Assembly: GCA_964188305.1 (NCBI GenBank)
Contig: OZ076889.1
Origin: Podarcis bocagei
Lineage: Eukaryota
Length of the DNA stretch: 64,000 bases
Reading direction: 5' to 3' (one strand)
A program made the position numbers and the translations under genes. The notes below the pieces were generated by a model that saw nothing but the letters and a program-made list of their open reading frames with translations, had not been told where the DNA came from and ran no database searches. Positions 49,690-62,306 of the stretch are shown piece after piece (positions within the stretch are counted from its first letter, which is position 1; every line of letters begins with the position of its first letter).

Positions 49690-50673
49690 GAACTAGCAAA
49701 TAATAATATTGTTTATACGTTAGCAATATTAGGGAAGAAACACATTTGGGTGACATTCAACATTTCAATATGAATAATCTAGAATGCTTTTGCAATCTTG
49801 CTTTGTGTTATCATTCAACATCTGACATCATAAATCATGCCAATGAGCATTGCAGAACTGTACAATAGATTTTTCCACATTAAACTATTGATGCTTTTAA
49901 TTAAAAAAAAAAGACTAGAAAATTTTCAGGTGTGCAAGCTGCTAACATACCCACTTCATGCTCTCAGAACACACACTCCTAAAGACTATGGGTTTGCTTA
50001 ATTACACATACTATTGATTATACTAGCTTACATTCAACAACAACTTATCAGACAGTTTAAACAGTAGGAAGTTACTTACGCTGCTGACCAAAACCAATGT
50101 TTCATCTGAATCATTAGTATATATGATACACTCAAATAAGAAAATTATCTAATGCAAAGTTCATTATGTTTTTCTATAGTGCAGTGCAAATAAAAGTGAA
50201 GCATAACTTTTCCTGAGTTTTCTTAGGATGTTAGAACCATTTTTTTACAATCTCACCAACAGCTTAAAATATTTATATTACATTTTTTTATATATGCTAA
50301 ATTGATATCCCATCTTTCCACCATGTGGTGTTAAAGACCCTTTAAATCTTGTCTTGACAAGACCCAATATGAAAGAGCCTAGAAATTCATAGAGATATTG
50401 AAAAGAACAGTTAAATCCTTCATCTCTACTTTGCATATGTACAGTTAATGTAGAACAATGAAGTTACCCTAAGGTCTCTGAAAGGTTCTAAAACATTTTT
50501 AGAATTTATATATTACAAGGTTCAATTTGTTTTTCACAGACACAATAATGCCCAACCTCCTGTTATCTCACAGGGAAAACAAAAACAAAACAGAAAAACA
50601 GACAAAAAAAATCTTAGGAATGTATGTTGTTAACTGGATGCTATCTCATTAGACTTTATCCTTGGGTTGGTGG

Positions 50674-50831
50674 CTACAGACCACGTGTTTCTAACTCAAT
50701 CTTATCTTCAGTTTGTAACGATTCAGGTTCAATTTGAGCAACAGGTGGTCGCAGGATGATTTCTGGTCCTCCCCCATAGATGGACTGTAGAAAATTCCAT
50801 GTTTCTTCAGAAATCTGTCCAGAATCAGCTC
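50674..50831 (-). CDS. USP33: USP33 last coding exon
   Basis: tttttag|GA GCT. Reads (G)[54 protein letters not shown] at 50676-50674. Confidence 0.96.
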
Positions 50832-51742
50832 CTAAAAAAACATTTCGGTGAAGGTGAAGCCGATATTCAACTAATGATTTTTGAAAACAATCTGCTTATA
50901 TGTGATATATTTTAATACCAAATCCAAGCACAGCAAACTCTGCAGATGGCATTAACTGGATCAGGGTAACTATTTAAGATTACTTTAATTTCTGCAACAG
51001 TGCATGCAACTCAAGCCAATTACATTCCACATACTTTGGCATTTTGTTCTTACAAGTAAATATTTTATAAAACTTGAAGGGCTTGACATTTACAAGGAGA
51101 CTTAATGTTATAGAGGAATTCTGCTATGCATAAACTCTCACTCTCTCATTTTTAAGTCAACATCTTGGAACAGCTACCTGCACATTTTCAAAGGTTTTCA
51201 ACCCTTCACCCCCTTAATAATCATGTGGACCAAAAAGCTGCATGTTATCCAAAGGTTTGTACAGCAACTGATGGTAAATCCATGCTGCACAGACTTTTAG
51301 ATATGAAGTTTCATAGTCACAGTCCTTAATTTTTGCCTTCAACATAAAATGCCATTTTAAAAAAAGCAAAAACGAAAAGAATATAGAGAGCTGAAGTACA
51401 ATACTACTGTTTTAAATGGAAGCTAGCAATCTTGAAACAACATCTCAAAACACCTCATATATGTGTTCAAAGTCAGTGCAAGTGTATTTTTAATGATGGA
51501 ACAAACAATTTTTAAAACTGCCAAGTTTTGATATTTCCTAAGGTTTTATTGACTTTCTGTTTTTTTATCTGTATCTGTTTCATCTGCCCTGGGAGCTTAT
51601 GTAATGCAAGGGGTTTTTAAAATGGACTAATCAATCAATAAATGAACAGAAATAGAAACAAAACTGTACAAAGACATGCAAGTAGTCACTGGCAGAAAAA
51701 GAAAAACTGCATGCATAAGAGATTGTATCAATAGAGTCATAC

Positions 51743-51811
51743 CTTGTTTCAGAACCACAGATCCACATTTATTGACAGCAATTTTGGCATTGTCAATGGG
51801 CCCTGGAGGAT
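51743..51811 (-). CDS. USP33: USP33 coding exon (DUSP2)
   Basis: cactag|AT CCT...CAA G|gtatga. Reads (D)[22 protein letters not shown]. 69 nt. Confidence 0.95.
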
Positions 51812-52328
51812 CTAGTGATAGAAAAATGTTAGCATGTAAGGTAATAATGAAGTGATATTATTTAAAACAAAAACGCCTCAGAAAACTACTCTCGTACTTT
51901 CTTCATTTTCCATTTTTTATCCTTTGGAGGTGTAGCTAACAAAACATTACACACTTAAAAGTTATTAGTAAAGGAGACAGCATATCCAGGAGCACAATTC
52001 AAAAACTCATCTACAAGAGCAAAAGAACTGCCCATCTTCAGATGGGCTTTTGCTTCCTTTTTTTGGCACAGCAACCACCCTGCACTGTAAACAGCCTTTA
52101 AAAATACATCTGAATCATCTCCCAAAACTTTAGATGATACTTACAGGCAAACTATCCATTAAAACTGTCGTGAAGTCTTCTGAACTGATCTCTAGAATCA
52201 TGCTTGCAAATAAAGCAGATTCTCCTCTGGTGCCTTAATAAGCTAGCTAGTGGTGTAGCTTCCTACATGCTGTTGCATGCCAACAGCTCTATTATTTCCT
52301 ATTCTCTGTTTTGTTTTAGGTACTAAAA

Positions 52329-52464
52329 CAGGCAACCCCAAACTTGGCCCTCCAGCTGTTTTGGGACTACAACTCCCATCATCCCTAGCTAACAGGACCA
52401 GTGGTCAGGGATGATGGGAACTGTAGTCCCAAAACAGCTGGAGGGCCAAGTTTGGGGATGCCTG
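52329..52464. mobile_element. hAT-type palindromic MITE (136 bp)
   Basis: Long inverted arms with a perfect 8-bp TSD TACTAAAA (52321-52328, 52465-52472). Same family as 40608-40743. Confidence 0.92.
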
Positions 52465-52605
52465 TACTAAAAGCTCTTCATAAGAGTTGGTATATGCCTT
52501 CTGACAGGTTTTTTTTTAATTAGTAAATTACTGTGATAAAATTCTAAGTGCATGCTATAAAAGGTACGTCCTACCTACTTGATAAGAATTTTGAAATCTA
52601 CTCAC

Positions 52606-52708
52606 CACTGTCCTTGCCCTTCACGAACCCTTCCCATTCTCTGAACCACTGCATACTGATGCAATAGAATATGGATGGAAACTCCTCCTCTTGGAAGGCT
52701 CTGTTGAG
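52606..52708 (-). CDS. USP33: USP33 coding exon (DUSP2)
   Basis: ctctcag|CTC...AGT G|gtgagt. Reads [34 protein letters not shown]. 103 nt. Confidence 0.96.
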
Positions 52709-52942
52709 CTGAGAGACACAAAGCAAGCTCTAAAGCACTTGATGAAATTGTGATGCCTTCTCAAGAGAAGCAACTGAAATATTCTTAACAACTTTTTGAC
52801 AATTTAACCACGAAAGCACACATGAGCTTGTATCTGAAGCATTCTATGAATCCTGACCCAATATTGAAATCTCACCACTGCTACCCCACACTCCAATGTG
52901 GATGCTATGTGAATATGAAAGAGTCTTCATGAAAATAGAATA

Positions 52943-53926
52943 CAGTGGTGCCTCGCAAGACGAAATTAATTCGTTCCGCAAGTTTTTTCTTCTTGCGAGT
53001 TTTTCGTCTTGCGAAGCACGGTTTCCCATAGGAATGCATTGAAAATCAATTAATGCGTTCCTAGGGAAACCGCCTTCAGACCAGGTCCGGGGACAGTCTG
53101 TCCCCCGACCTCTTCTGAAGGCTGGGGGGGGGGACAAGGGCTTTTCTTCCCACTGCCAGCCTTCAGAAGGCTGTTCTGAAGGCTGGCGGTGGGAAGAAAA
53201 GCCCTTCTTCCCACCTCCCGCCCCGCAAGCTCCGGGGACAGGAGGGCTTTGCTGCCGACCGCCAGCATTTTAAAAGCCCCTGCTGTCCCGGGGCGATTTT
53301 AAAATGCTGGCGGGCGGGAGCGAAGCCTCCGCTGTCCCGGGGAGATTTTAAAATGCTGGGGGTCGGCAGCAAACGCTTCGCTCCCGCCCGCCAGCATTTT
53401 AAGATCGCCCGGGACAGCAGAGAAGTCTCCGCTGCCCAGGGCGATCTTAAAATGTTGGCGGGCGGGAGCGAAGCGTTCGCTGCCGACCCCCAGCATTTTA
53501 AAATCTCCCCGGGACAGCGGATACTTCTCTCTTCTTCCCGCTGTCCCCGGACCTGGGGCTGCAGGGAGAAGATCGCTTCTTCCCCGCTGTCCCCGGACCT
53601 CTTTTGAAGCAAGGGGCTGCGGGGAGATCGCTTCTCCACACCGCCCCTTGCTTCAAAAGAGGTCCGGGGACAGCGGGAAGCGCTTCCCGCTGTCCCCGGA
53701 CCTGGGGCTGCAGGGAGAAGATCGCTTCTCCACGCCGCCCCTTGCTTCAAAAGAGGTCCGGGGACAGCGGGGAAGACCCGCTGTTCCCGGAGCTTGCGGG
53801 GCAAGCTTCGTTTTGCGAAGCAAGCCCATAGGGAAATTCGTCTTGCGAGGCAACTCGAAAACGAAAAAACCTTTCGTTTTGCGAGTTTTTCGTCTCGCGA
53901 GGCGTTCGTCTTGCGGGGTACCACTG
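52943..53926. mobile_element. Tc1/mariner-type MITE (984 bp) with GC-rich inverted and tandem internal repeats
   Basis: TIR CAGTGGTGCCTCGCAAGACGAA / TTCGTCTTGCGGGGTACCACTG. Left flank TA, right flank TG. Arms homologous to 14562-14993, in opposite orientation. Confidence 0.9.
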
Positions 53927-54284
53927 TGTCCACTACTGTAAAAGGCTAACTTTTCTTCAGTACAAAAATATTTGACTGGATCCTGAGTCGGCAGTCTTTA
54001 AATGTATGGGCTCCTTCTATTTGGGGAAGGGCTCTTAATCTTGCCAGTGAAAAGAGATGGGGAACAGATTATTTTCACTTTCTCCCTTCTGCACACCCAT
54101 GCCTCATGCCACACTGTCCCAGAAGGGCATATGCCTTGCCAGACCAGATTTCCAGAAGGCTCAGGGGCTGCTGGAGAAAACCATGGGAGTGTCTTGTGAG
54201 CAAAATTCTACTCACAGGTTCCGGATCACTGTTTTTATGAAGTTTAAAAAAGAAGAACTTAACAAGGGAGAAGGAATGTATTAC

Positions 54285-54393
54285 CCGAATAAACATTTCC
54301 AGTTCTGTCTTCCTTCTTTTCTCTATTTTTTCTGTTTCCATTTGACAGGTATGACAAACATAGAGATGATTCACAGCTGGTCCTCCACCATAC
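54285..54393 (-). CDS. USP33: USP33 coding exon
   Basis: ttgcag|G TAT...CGG|gtaata. Reads [36 protein letters not shown]. 109 nt. Confidence 0.96.
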
Positions 54394-54976
54394 CTGCAAT
54401 CACAGAATATTAAATGTCATTTTAGAAGGATCAAAAGTTGTGCATTGAACCAAGTTGTTCTTTGCTTTAACAATAAATGCTGTAATTTGTTCAGCACCAG
54501 TTTCCTATGTAGGTAATATTTCATCAATAGGAGCAACTTCCCTGAAAAATAAGCCACACACATTTTAGTTGTGCACAACTATTACTGAAAGATAGCTTCT
54601 CTCTCTCATGTTGGTATTCACTGGTGTAATTCTTGGAAGGCTCTTTAATGCATCAAAGGCTTAAATGAATGGAAGGCAGGGATATTATTTTGCCCATTCT
54701 CCCTTCCTTCAGTATCACCTCATGCCCTTTTCTGGGAGCTGTGAGGGGAAGAGATGATGATAATATCAATAATAATAATAATCCACTCTCCTTCTGTACA
54801 CAGAAGCTTCTGCTGGATTAGACCATACCATGAGCAAACCACCATTACTGGATAAAACACAAAATCTGTATCAAAATGTGAAGAGGCTTTATAAACAAAT
54901 AACTTCTTGTATTTATGTACAGTATATGGACGAAACATCAAAAGCAATTCATTTCATCTTGTAAACAACAGCTTAC

Positions 54977-55058
54977 CTGCTATACAAGTTGTCCCATATA
55001 TTTTGAGGTAGCACTACTACAAGGTCCTCTATAGAAGTAGCCTTGTGTGGAGGAACTC
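54977..55058 (-). CDS. USP33: USP33 coding exon (DUSP1)
   Basis: ctcag|GA GTT...AGC AG|gtaagc. Reads (G)[26 protein letters not shown](R). 82 nt. Confidence 0.95.
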
Positions 55059-55945
55059 CTGAGGAGCAGACGTAGTAAAAATTCAAGCAAAACTATTTAC
55101 TATATGGTCACGTTAACTATTAAAGAATATCATATGCTTCAAAAAGCCTTACCAATGAATACAGTTTGAGCAGGGGAGGGGGAATACAACTTCTGTCACA
55201 AACAGCTTTCAGCAACTTGTGCAATTTAATTGTCAGAACAAATGCATGCTATACCTTTCCCAGAAGTGAGAAGGGAGCTCATGCTAGATTTGAGCTTGAA
55301 ACGCACTTGTGACATGAATATGTATGCAAAGATTCAAAATATCTTAAATTTGCACAATAGTTATCAAATTGCAAAACAGAATATTTCAAACAATTGCACA
55401 ACAGATTTCCTCATCCCTAACTTTTCTCTAGTATCTACCCTTTCTATTTTTGTCTTCAGGCTGCTCCTGTACCACAACTATGGCTGTCATTTATACCTGG
55501 TGCATCTAGCAGGACCCCCAGTAAGATTTAAGTGAAAGTGGTTTCCAAAATCCCTCACATGAAGGAAAAGCCCTCTTAAAGGGCCATGGAGGTATGGCAG
55601 TATGGGTCAATCCATCTTATGAGTGTGACACCCATTGCTACATTTGTGGGTGTTTGGATATCAGTTGCAGAAAGGGTTCAAGTCATTGGAAGGTAGTCAC
55701 TGCTTTCCACCTTCCAAAGTTGCCCACAGCAGCCATGAGAGGCCAGGGGTTTTCAGGCAGGATGCAGGTTGTCAGAAGCTGTATCCTTGCTGGTATGCTC
55801 TGCCTTGCCTGTGCAGTCCGCCTTGCTACTTGTAAGTTGAACCCAATAAAACTGTGTTGTGCCTTTTCTCAAAAATTAAGAAAAATGTCCCACACCTATT
55901 TTTCACCCCATCCCAGCTCTCTTCCTACCCCTGTGAACACAAGCA

Positions 55946-56310
55946 CCGTATTTTTCGCTCTATAAGACGCACTTTTTCCCTCCTAAAAAGTAAGGGGGAA
56001 TGTGTGTGCGTCTTATGGAGGGAATGCAGGCTGCACAGCTATCCCAGAAGCCAGAACAGCAAGAGGGATCGCTGCGAGTGCTCCCTCTCGCTGTTCTAGC
56101 TTCTGGCTTAGCCACGCGAAGCCTCTTCAGGGCACGGGGAGCCTTCATCCCGCTGCCCTGGAGAGGCTCCGCAGCTATCCCAGAAGCCAGAACAACGATC
56201 CTTCTCGCTGTTCTGGCTTCTGGGATTCAGAATTTTTTTTTCTTGTTTTCCTCCTCCAAAAACTAGGTGCGTCTTACGGTCTGGTGCATCTTGTAGAGCG
56301 AAAAATACAG
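55946..56310. mobile_element. CCGTA-ended Tc1/mariner-type MITE (long form)
   Basis: TIR CCGTATTTTTCGCTCTATAAGACGCAC / GTGCATCTTGTAGAGCGAAAAATACAG followed by TA. Two internal hairpin units starting gctatcccagaagccagaac. Arms match 40858-41025 inverted. Confidence 0.88.
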
Positions 56311-56351
56311 TATATATGCAGTAAAAAATGTCCTTCACATCAACATTTGAT

Positions 56352-56410
56352 AAACAGAGGTCTGATTTTCAAACTTTAAACAAAGGTCTGATTTTCAAAC
56401 TTTAAACAAA
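56352..56410. repeat. 26-bp tandem duplication
   Basis: aaacagaggtctgattttcaaacttt followed by aaacaaaggtctgattttcaaacttt and aaacaaa. Confidence 0.85.
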
Positions 56411-57254
56411 GAAAGTATGACCCAAAGCAAATGTGGAAGCTAATACTGCTTGTCCTTAATATTATTCCACAGAGAAGTGTGTCAATCCGTCAAAAGAGCA
56501 GAAACAAGTTATCATGTATGTAAGATTCCTTATGCAAATACCAGCCATAGCCAATCAGACAACTGATATGATTTGAATGATCTTGTAAGAATTTCAGGAA
56601 TGAGAAAACAAAATCAAACAAACCATTCCCCAAATTCAAGCTTTGATGGCAGCAGGATAAAGAATGATTTAAAGAAATCTGTGTATTTAGGAGCTCACAA
56701 TTTTAGGATGCCTTGTATTTTTGTTCTCTAACCTAAGTCTAACCCCTGCCAGTTTTATTGTCAATCTGCTTGAAAATTAGAGGGCATGATCAACTTTCAA
56801 TTGATTTTTAGAATGCAAAAATTTAAAGACCCAAATAAAATCAGAAATGTTCTGCCTGTCAATGCCTGAAGCAGTAGGAAGGAAAATGGGAAAAAAGAAT
56901 ACAAGCAGTAAATAATGTGCTGATTTTATTATGGGTTTCAAATTAAATACTATTATCAGTGAGTCATTGCTGACAAGAAAAGATATACCAACTGCTGCAC
57001 CATTCAGCTAGCAAGCTCAACAACTTATATCTATGGTTGTAATTCTTAACCATCAATATCCCTCTTCACATTTCAAAGATGACTGCCCGAAGAAGTTAAG
57101 CTCAAATAGAAGCCATTTCTGAAATAGATGGGACTCAAGAGGGAAGTCAGGCTATGATTGCCAAGTAGAGAGTCAGGAAGTTGTCACACTACGTGATGAG
57201 ATAACTTATTAGATAACATACTCAATTATGTATGATGCATAATTATGCTCTCAC

Positions 57255-57421
57255 CTCCATGTATGCAGAGGAAATCATTATTTGAAATAGGTCCCGGTTC
57301 TGCAAAAGTCCTGAATTTGTTCAACCACTGTCTGGAAATATAAAACTGGAGGAGGCTTGGTTCCATTATATTAAGGCTTGATACCTTCTGTCTCTCTCTT
57401 TTAGCTTCTTCATTGCTTTTT
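57255..57421 (-). CDS. USP33: USP33 coding exon (DUSP1 start)
   Basis: taatag|A AAA...GGA G|gtgaga. Reads [55 protein letters not shown]. 167 nt. Confidence 0.96.
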
Positions 57422-58942
57422 CTATTACAATAATGAAAAGAGGTAATACTGAGAACATTAAGTAACATCAATAATCATTATTATATCCATATGAGATTAT
57501 TTCAATTTGTGTGAAAAAAAATGCAAGTTTATACACTATGCTAATTGTAAGTCACTGGAAAATCTGCCAATAAAATAAAGTGCAGTGTTTCAAATATGGA
57601 TGTGTTCTAAGTAAAAAATATTTAGGATATAGTAACTGGAAATATGAATACCCTAACAAGGTAGCACATATTTATATTTTTCTGTGCACATCAGAAGCAT
57701 ATGTAACTCCTGAGTTTTATTTTATTAGAAGGAATTGATCTGTACACATTACCGGTACAGATGTCAATTAAGTACAGTTACAATTAATTTGAAAATTTGC
57801 TCCCCAGATTATCAGAATCTATGTACTTGAGGTCAACATCTAGGTCTAATGCTTGCAACACGAAACAGTTTCCCTAATAACATGTTTAGCTCTTTACATA
57901 ATTTGGCTACTGTTTATTTGTTAAGAGGTTCAATTTATTGTCCCATTTATTAGAATGTCTTTGCTCTTTAGACTGGAAGAGTAGTTCCCTCTCTCCCTGG
58001 CCCTATTCACATTTCAATAAAAGCTCAGCTGCAGGAGCTCATAAATTTCAAGCTACTACAGTGAATCCCTTTGTCCTCCAGCTTTCAGCTGCTGAACTGT
58101 GAAGTGTTCCTTCTACTGCAGTTGAATTCTATCTGACTCCAGAATCCATCCTACATGCATTCTCCTATGAATTTAAATGAGGAAACATCAGCTATTAATT
58201 CAAAGTGAACTATGCACAGTGTCCAATTTCACTGTGGCAACCTATCTGTGAATTATCATCAAATATATTACAATTTATTTGAAATGAAATGAATAATATT
58301 CTGGTTTTAAGTCAATTTAAGTTACTTTCTAATTTTGCAGTAAAAATGCATGGCTGTCAAAACAATATTTCCAGAGATGTTAGAATCTGTGGTCCTAGAG
58401 AATATTGGACTACTAATCCCATCATCCCTAACTACTGCCCAAGATGGCTGAAGATAATGGGAATTGGAGTCCAAAAATATCTGGAGGGCCACAAATTCCC
58501 AGTTCCTATTATAAATAAATACTACAGAAGACCAGAGGTCTCTACTTTTACATGGATTGATGTTGGGGCCACAGTTCAGTATGTTTCAAGAATATTGTAT
58601 TGTAAAAAATGCTCGGGGGGGGGGGTGCTAGAAAAAATTAAGTCAGTAGAAAGGCCCAGAAAAAGAAGCAGAATGAGTTGAAAAACATGAAAACTGTGGG
58701 AAAATACACTACCTCACTGCAAAGTAGCATCTTAAAAGAAGTCACGCTTTCTGTATTGGCCCACAATTACAGCTGATCAGAAACTCTAACCATTGGAAAG
58801 TATTATCCAGCTCTCTGGAATACTCTCTTGAAACTCATGCAGGCAAGAGTTAACAGCTAATATGATCAAATACCATGCATTGGGTACTAACAAGAACTTT
58901 ACTCAAGACGGTATTTCAAATGCTTGTCCCTTGTTTTCTCAC

Positions 58943-59069
58943 CTGTAGAAGAGAACATAAGCTTCTGCATTTTGAACTGTTGATTCGGTGACTTCTGTGA
59001 CACTCTGATCATCAAACTCATACCATCGATTATTTAAGTTGTTGCGGCAATAAGCTATATAATGTCCAT
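58943..59069 (-). CDS. USP33: USP33 coding exon (catalytic His/Asp box)
   Basis: tttag|AT GGA CAT...TAC AG|gtgaga. Reads (N)[41 protein letters not shown](R). 127 nt. Confidence 0.97.
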
Positions 59070-59210
59070 CTAAATTCAAGAACAGTTAAGATAATTTTTT
59101 GTCAAAGTACTGTAAGGCAATCCGAAACTAAAACATATTAACACAACTATTTGATTCCACCAGTTGCATAATATGGATCCAGAAAGAGAATATATACTAT
59201 ATATACTTAC

Positions 59211-59391
59211 TGATGGCAGTTCCATGGTGACAGATTACTGATAAGAGATCATACATCACTATTTGAGTTGGACTGTCTTTGGCAAGAAAAGGTTGAAGAT
59301 CAAGTCCTTCCAAGGGAAAGGATACATGAGTTCCAATTTTTGTGGAAAACATAAGGTCATGCCTGAATCTTTTGAGATGAATGCACAATAT
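59211..59391 (-). CDS. USP33: USP33 coding exon (USP domain)
   Basis: ttatag|ATA...ATC A|gtaagt. Reads [60 protein letters not shown]. 181 nt. Confidence 0.97.
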
Positions 59392-60192
59392 CTATAAAGA
59401 AGAGTAGACACTCATTCAAAAACTGATGCTTCACAACTTAATACTAATATAAAAGGCAAGCATTTTACTACTGCTACCTTGTTATTAAATTTATTGCGTT
59501 CTGTCCTGCCTTCTCATTTATTTATTTTTACAAAAAAAGGGATGTTCCATGGGCCACTTTACATAATGCTACCAAAGATTTGTGTCTCGTTCGGTGAATA
59601 AGGACATTTTCCTGCACAGATGTACACTTTTGTAGAAAAAACTCCCTATGTAACTGGTTATAATGGAAGATTATGGGTTGTATCCAATGCCATCTATGTG
59701 GAAGTAGAATGAACTTCTGCTTGCACTATGGAACTTCACCTTCCTCTCCTCTCCCACGCAGCCTACTACATGCCCTCAAAATCTGCTGGATGGTTGATGG
59801 ACACTTTGGAGCAGATTTTTGGGTGCACAGAGGCAGCCACAGATGCTTTGTAAAAAAATGTAATGAGTGCCATGCAGTTGCGTCCGTGTGCCCGAGGAAC
59901 TGATATACACTTGTGCAATGGGCTGGAGGATGCTCCAGATCTGAGTACATGCAGGGGGGTAGGGGAGGGAGAGTACAGGAAAGCCCATTGTACAAGTGGA
60001 TATCTGATCACACGTCATCAGCTTTTAGTCATTTGTGTAGGTGCATCACCATTTTTAGTATCTTCATCTGAGTAAGTGTGGAAATGTGACTAGATAAAAG
60101 CATCTTTTGGGAAGCCAGAATGCAGCTTTCACACTATATTCACAACTATCTATTATGGAAAAACAACACTATTATTTAAAAAAATGGAATAC

Positions 60193-60238
60193 CTCAGGAA
60201 AGTGTTGAACTTTGCAGAATTTTACTCCGTTTCTTAAC
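60193..60238 (-). CDS. USP33: USP33 small coding exon
   Basis: ctttag|G TTA...GAG|gtattc. Reads LRNGVKFCKVQHFPE. 46 nt. Confidence 0.94.
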
Positions 60239-61082
60239 CTAAAGCAAATTTAGTAAAGTTGTAAAAAAGTATCCAATGCAAACATTTAAAATAATGACGT
60301 TTTAAATACTGTACAATACCCTGGATATTTCAAAATTGCTAACTAGAAAAAGGACTATCATCTTCAAAAGAAATCACAAGGTTGGAAGTGATCAGAAATT
60401 AATTAGATCTTATTTTCACAGACACAAGGCATAAGTCATAGGTATGATCAATTTGTACATCATAAGCAATCATTCCTTCTTGGCAACCGATGTAGTCAGC
60501 ATATATCAGAAAAGGCAACGTGGGTCTCCTGTTTATTAATACAAAAAACATGCAGCAAATGCACACTCAGAGGAACATTAAGCATAGCTGTGGAAGGAGA
60601 AGTCACAGTATGCCCTCAACTAGCCTCTCTGAAGGGTACTCAAGTTTTACTCAGAGTAGACATACTGAAACTATTATGATTAGGTTAGATCCATTAATTT
60701 TAAAGGTCTCCTTTGAGTAAAACTTTGTACTGAGAAAAAATGGGGAGGACATTGTATCTGACTGCAGGCCCAGAATCAAAGTAGGCTGATGATACCAGTC
60801 CTCTGAACAAAACGCCTGTTATTTTTTTGCTAGTATCAACTGATTAAAAAAACACAAATTAGCCCCTTGTAGAAGCCAAAGGTACTGTCACTTATGCAAG
60901 GAGGGAACTTGCCAAATTCTGCCATTTTCTCCCAGCTCAGTGGCAGTCCCCCAACACTGCCTTGAAAGGTATTCAAGAGGGTCCCCTGATTCTCATGAGC
61001 AACCTCTTATTTTCCTTATTTCTTTATTAAATTTCAATACTGCCTTTTATCCAAGGATCACAGGGTAGTTTACAATATTAAA

Positions 61083-61175
61083 AGCCCCACGCTGGGCAAA
61101 TGATTCCTCCACTGCAGGGGGTTGGACTAGATGACCCTCATGATCCCTGCCAACTCTACGATTTTACAATTCTAT
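61083..61175 (+). mobile_element. tRNA-SINE/CR1-type 3' end
   Basis: gccccacgctgggcaaatgattcc...gggttggactagatgaccctc...ccaactctacgattttacaattctat. Confidence 0.7.
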
Positions 61176-61347
61176 CTTTGCTTCTGTTTGCAGCCTCTTG
61201 CCATATATTTGGTGCTGCACCAATGTCCCTACAACCCTCATGAACCTTGGGCCAGGGGGCAGAAGAGAACTGAAAGGAAGCCTAGAAAATCTTTCAGTAT
61301 AGTTCAAAGCATCTGTGCACTTATGGACATAGGGAGATGCTGTATGC

Positions 61348-61860
61348 CAGGCATGTCCAACAAGTACGGTGTGATCTATGATCAAATATAAAAACTGGCA
61401 GTGATCTACCACCCAGGGATGGGTGCAGGGTGGGTGGGCATGCACCACCGGCTGTTTCTCCCGAAGGGGCAGGAATGGGAGCAGGGTGGGTGGGCGAGTG
61501 TTGGCTGCTTACGCCGAGGGGGCAGGGATGGGTGCAGGGTGGGTGGGCGATGCTGATCCTGCCTTCTCCCCCTTCCTCCCTCCACCCCCGGTCAAAGAGA
61601 GCCACTCAGGTGATTTCAATGCCAATCCTGCCTTCTTCCCCCCCCCCCGCCTCCCTCCACCCCTGCGCAGGCGATGCTGTTGCTGGTCCTGATCCCGCCT
61701 TGCCTCGTCAGAGACCTGGCTCCTTCTCGCCTCCCTCCTCCCCCCAGCACATATCTCTCTCTCTCCTCAAACCAGCTGGGCTACGGAGCTCTTTCATGCC
61801 CGGCTTTGGAACTGTTGTCTTTCTGTCTATTGAGGAGCATGCTGTACTCCAGCTGCCTTA
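61348..61860. mobile_element. hAT-type element, one terminus recognisable, GC-rich interior
   Basis: Starts CAGGCATGTCCAAC...aaaaactggcagtgatctacc, the reverse complement of the right end of 34028-34283. Internal repeats gggatgggtgcagggtgggtgggc. Right end not found. Confidence 0.55.
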
Positions 61861-62272
61861 GGCCCGCGATCAACCCAGATCAACCTTCAGGTGTCTTCTA
61901 AAAGTTTTATAGTTCTTTATCTGCTTGACATCTGATCAGCAGGCAGATGTCTTATACACCTTGTCAAAATCCTTGTGCAAGGAGTGCAGAAGTGATGGGA
62001 AAGGGAGAGGTAACTTTTCCTGCACTCTGCCTTTACTTGCAGAATGCCTTTTCCCACTTCCATCTTTCTGAAAAGAAAGAGGTACTTTGGATACTCAGGC
62101 TGTGTTTTGTAGGCAAAGGCAATGGAGACTTTCGCTGCAAAACAAGATTTGGGGGAAGTGGGAGGAAGGGGAAGTCCCACTGTATCTGTTGCTGCAATTC
62201 TGGCTCTCATCCAACAGCTTTTAAAGTAACCACATATATCAAATTATAAGAATTTAAGAGCAGGCCACTTAC

Positions 62273-62306
62273 TTTTTACACTTTTCACAACTGTACATAT
62301 TGTCAC
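62273..62306 (-). CDS. USP33: USP33 micro-exon (CxxC of the fingers subdomain)
   Basis: ctgcag|GT GAC...AAA AA|gtaagt. Reads (G)DNMYSCEKCK(K). 34 nt. Confidence 0.94.

Noticed and set aside
53050-53941. 256-aa ORF and overlapping ORFs with repeated peptides
   Set aside because: They lie wholly inside a GC-rich MITE. The peptide repeats mirror DNA repeats and there are no transposase DDE/D motifs.
55500-55870. LTR-like block with AATAAA (similar impression at 24120-24380)
   Set aside because: No TG...CA boundaries with a TSD could be defined.
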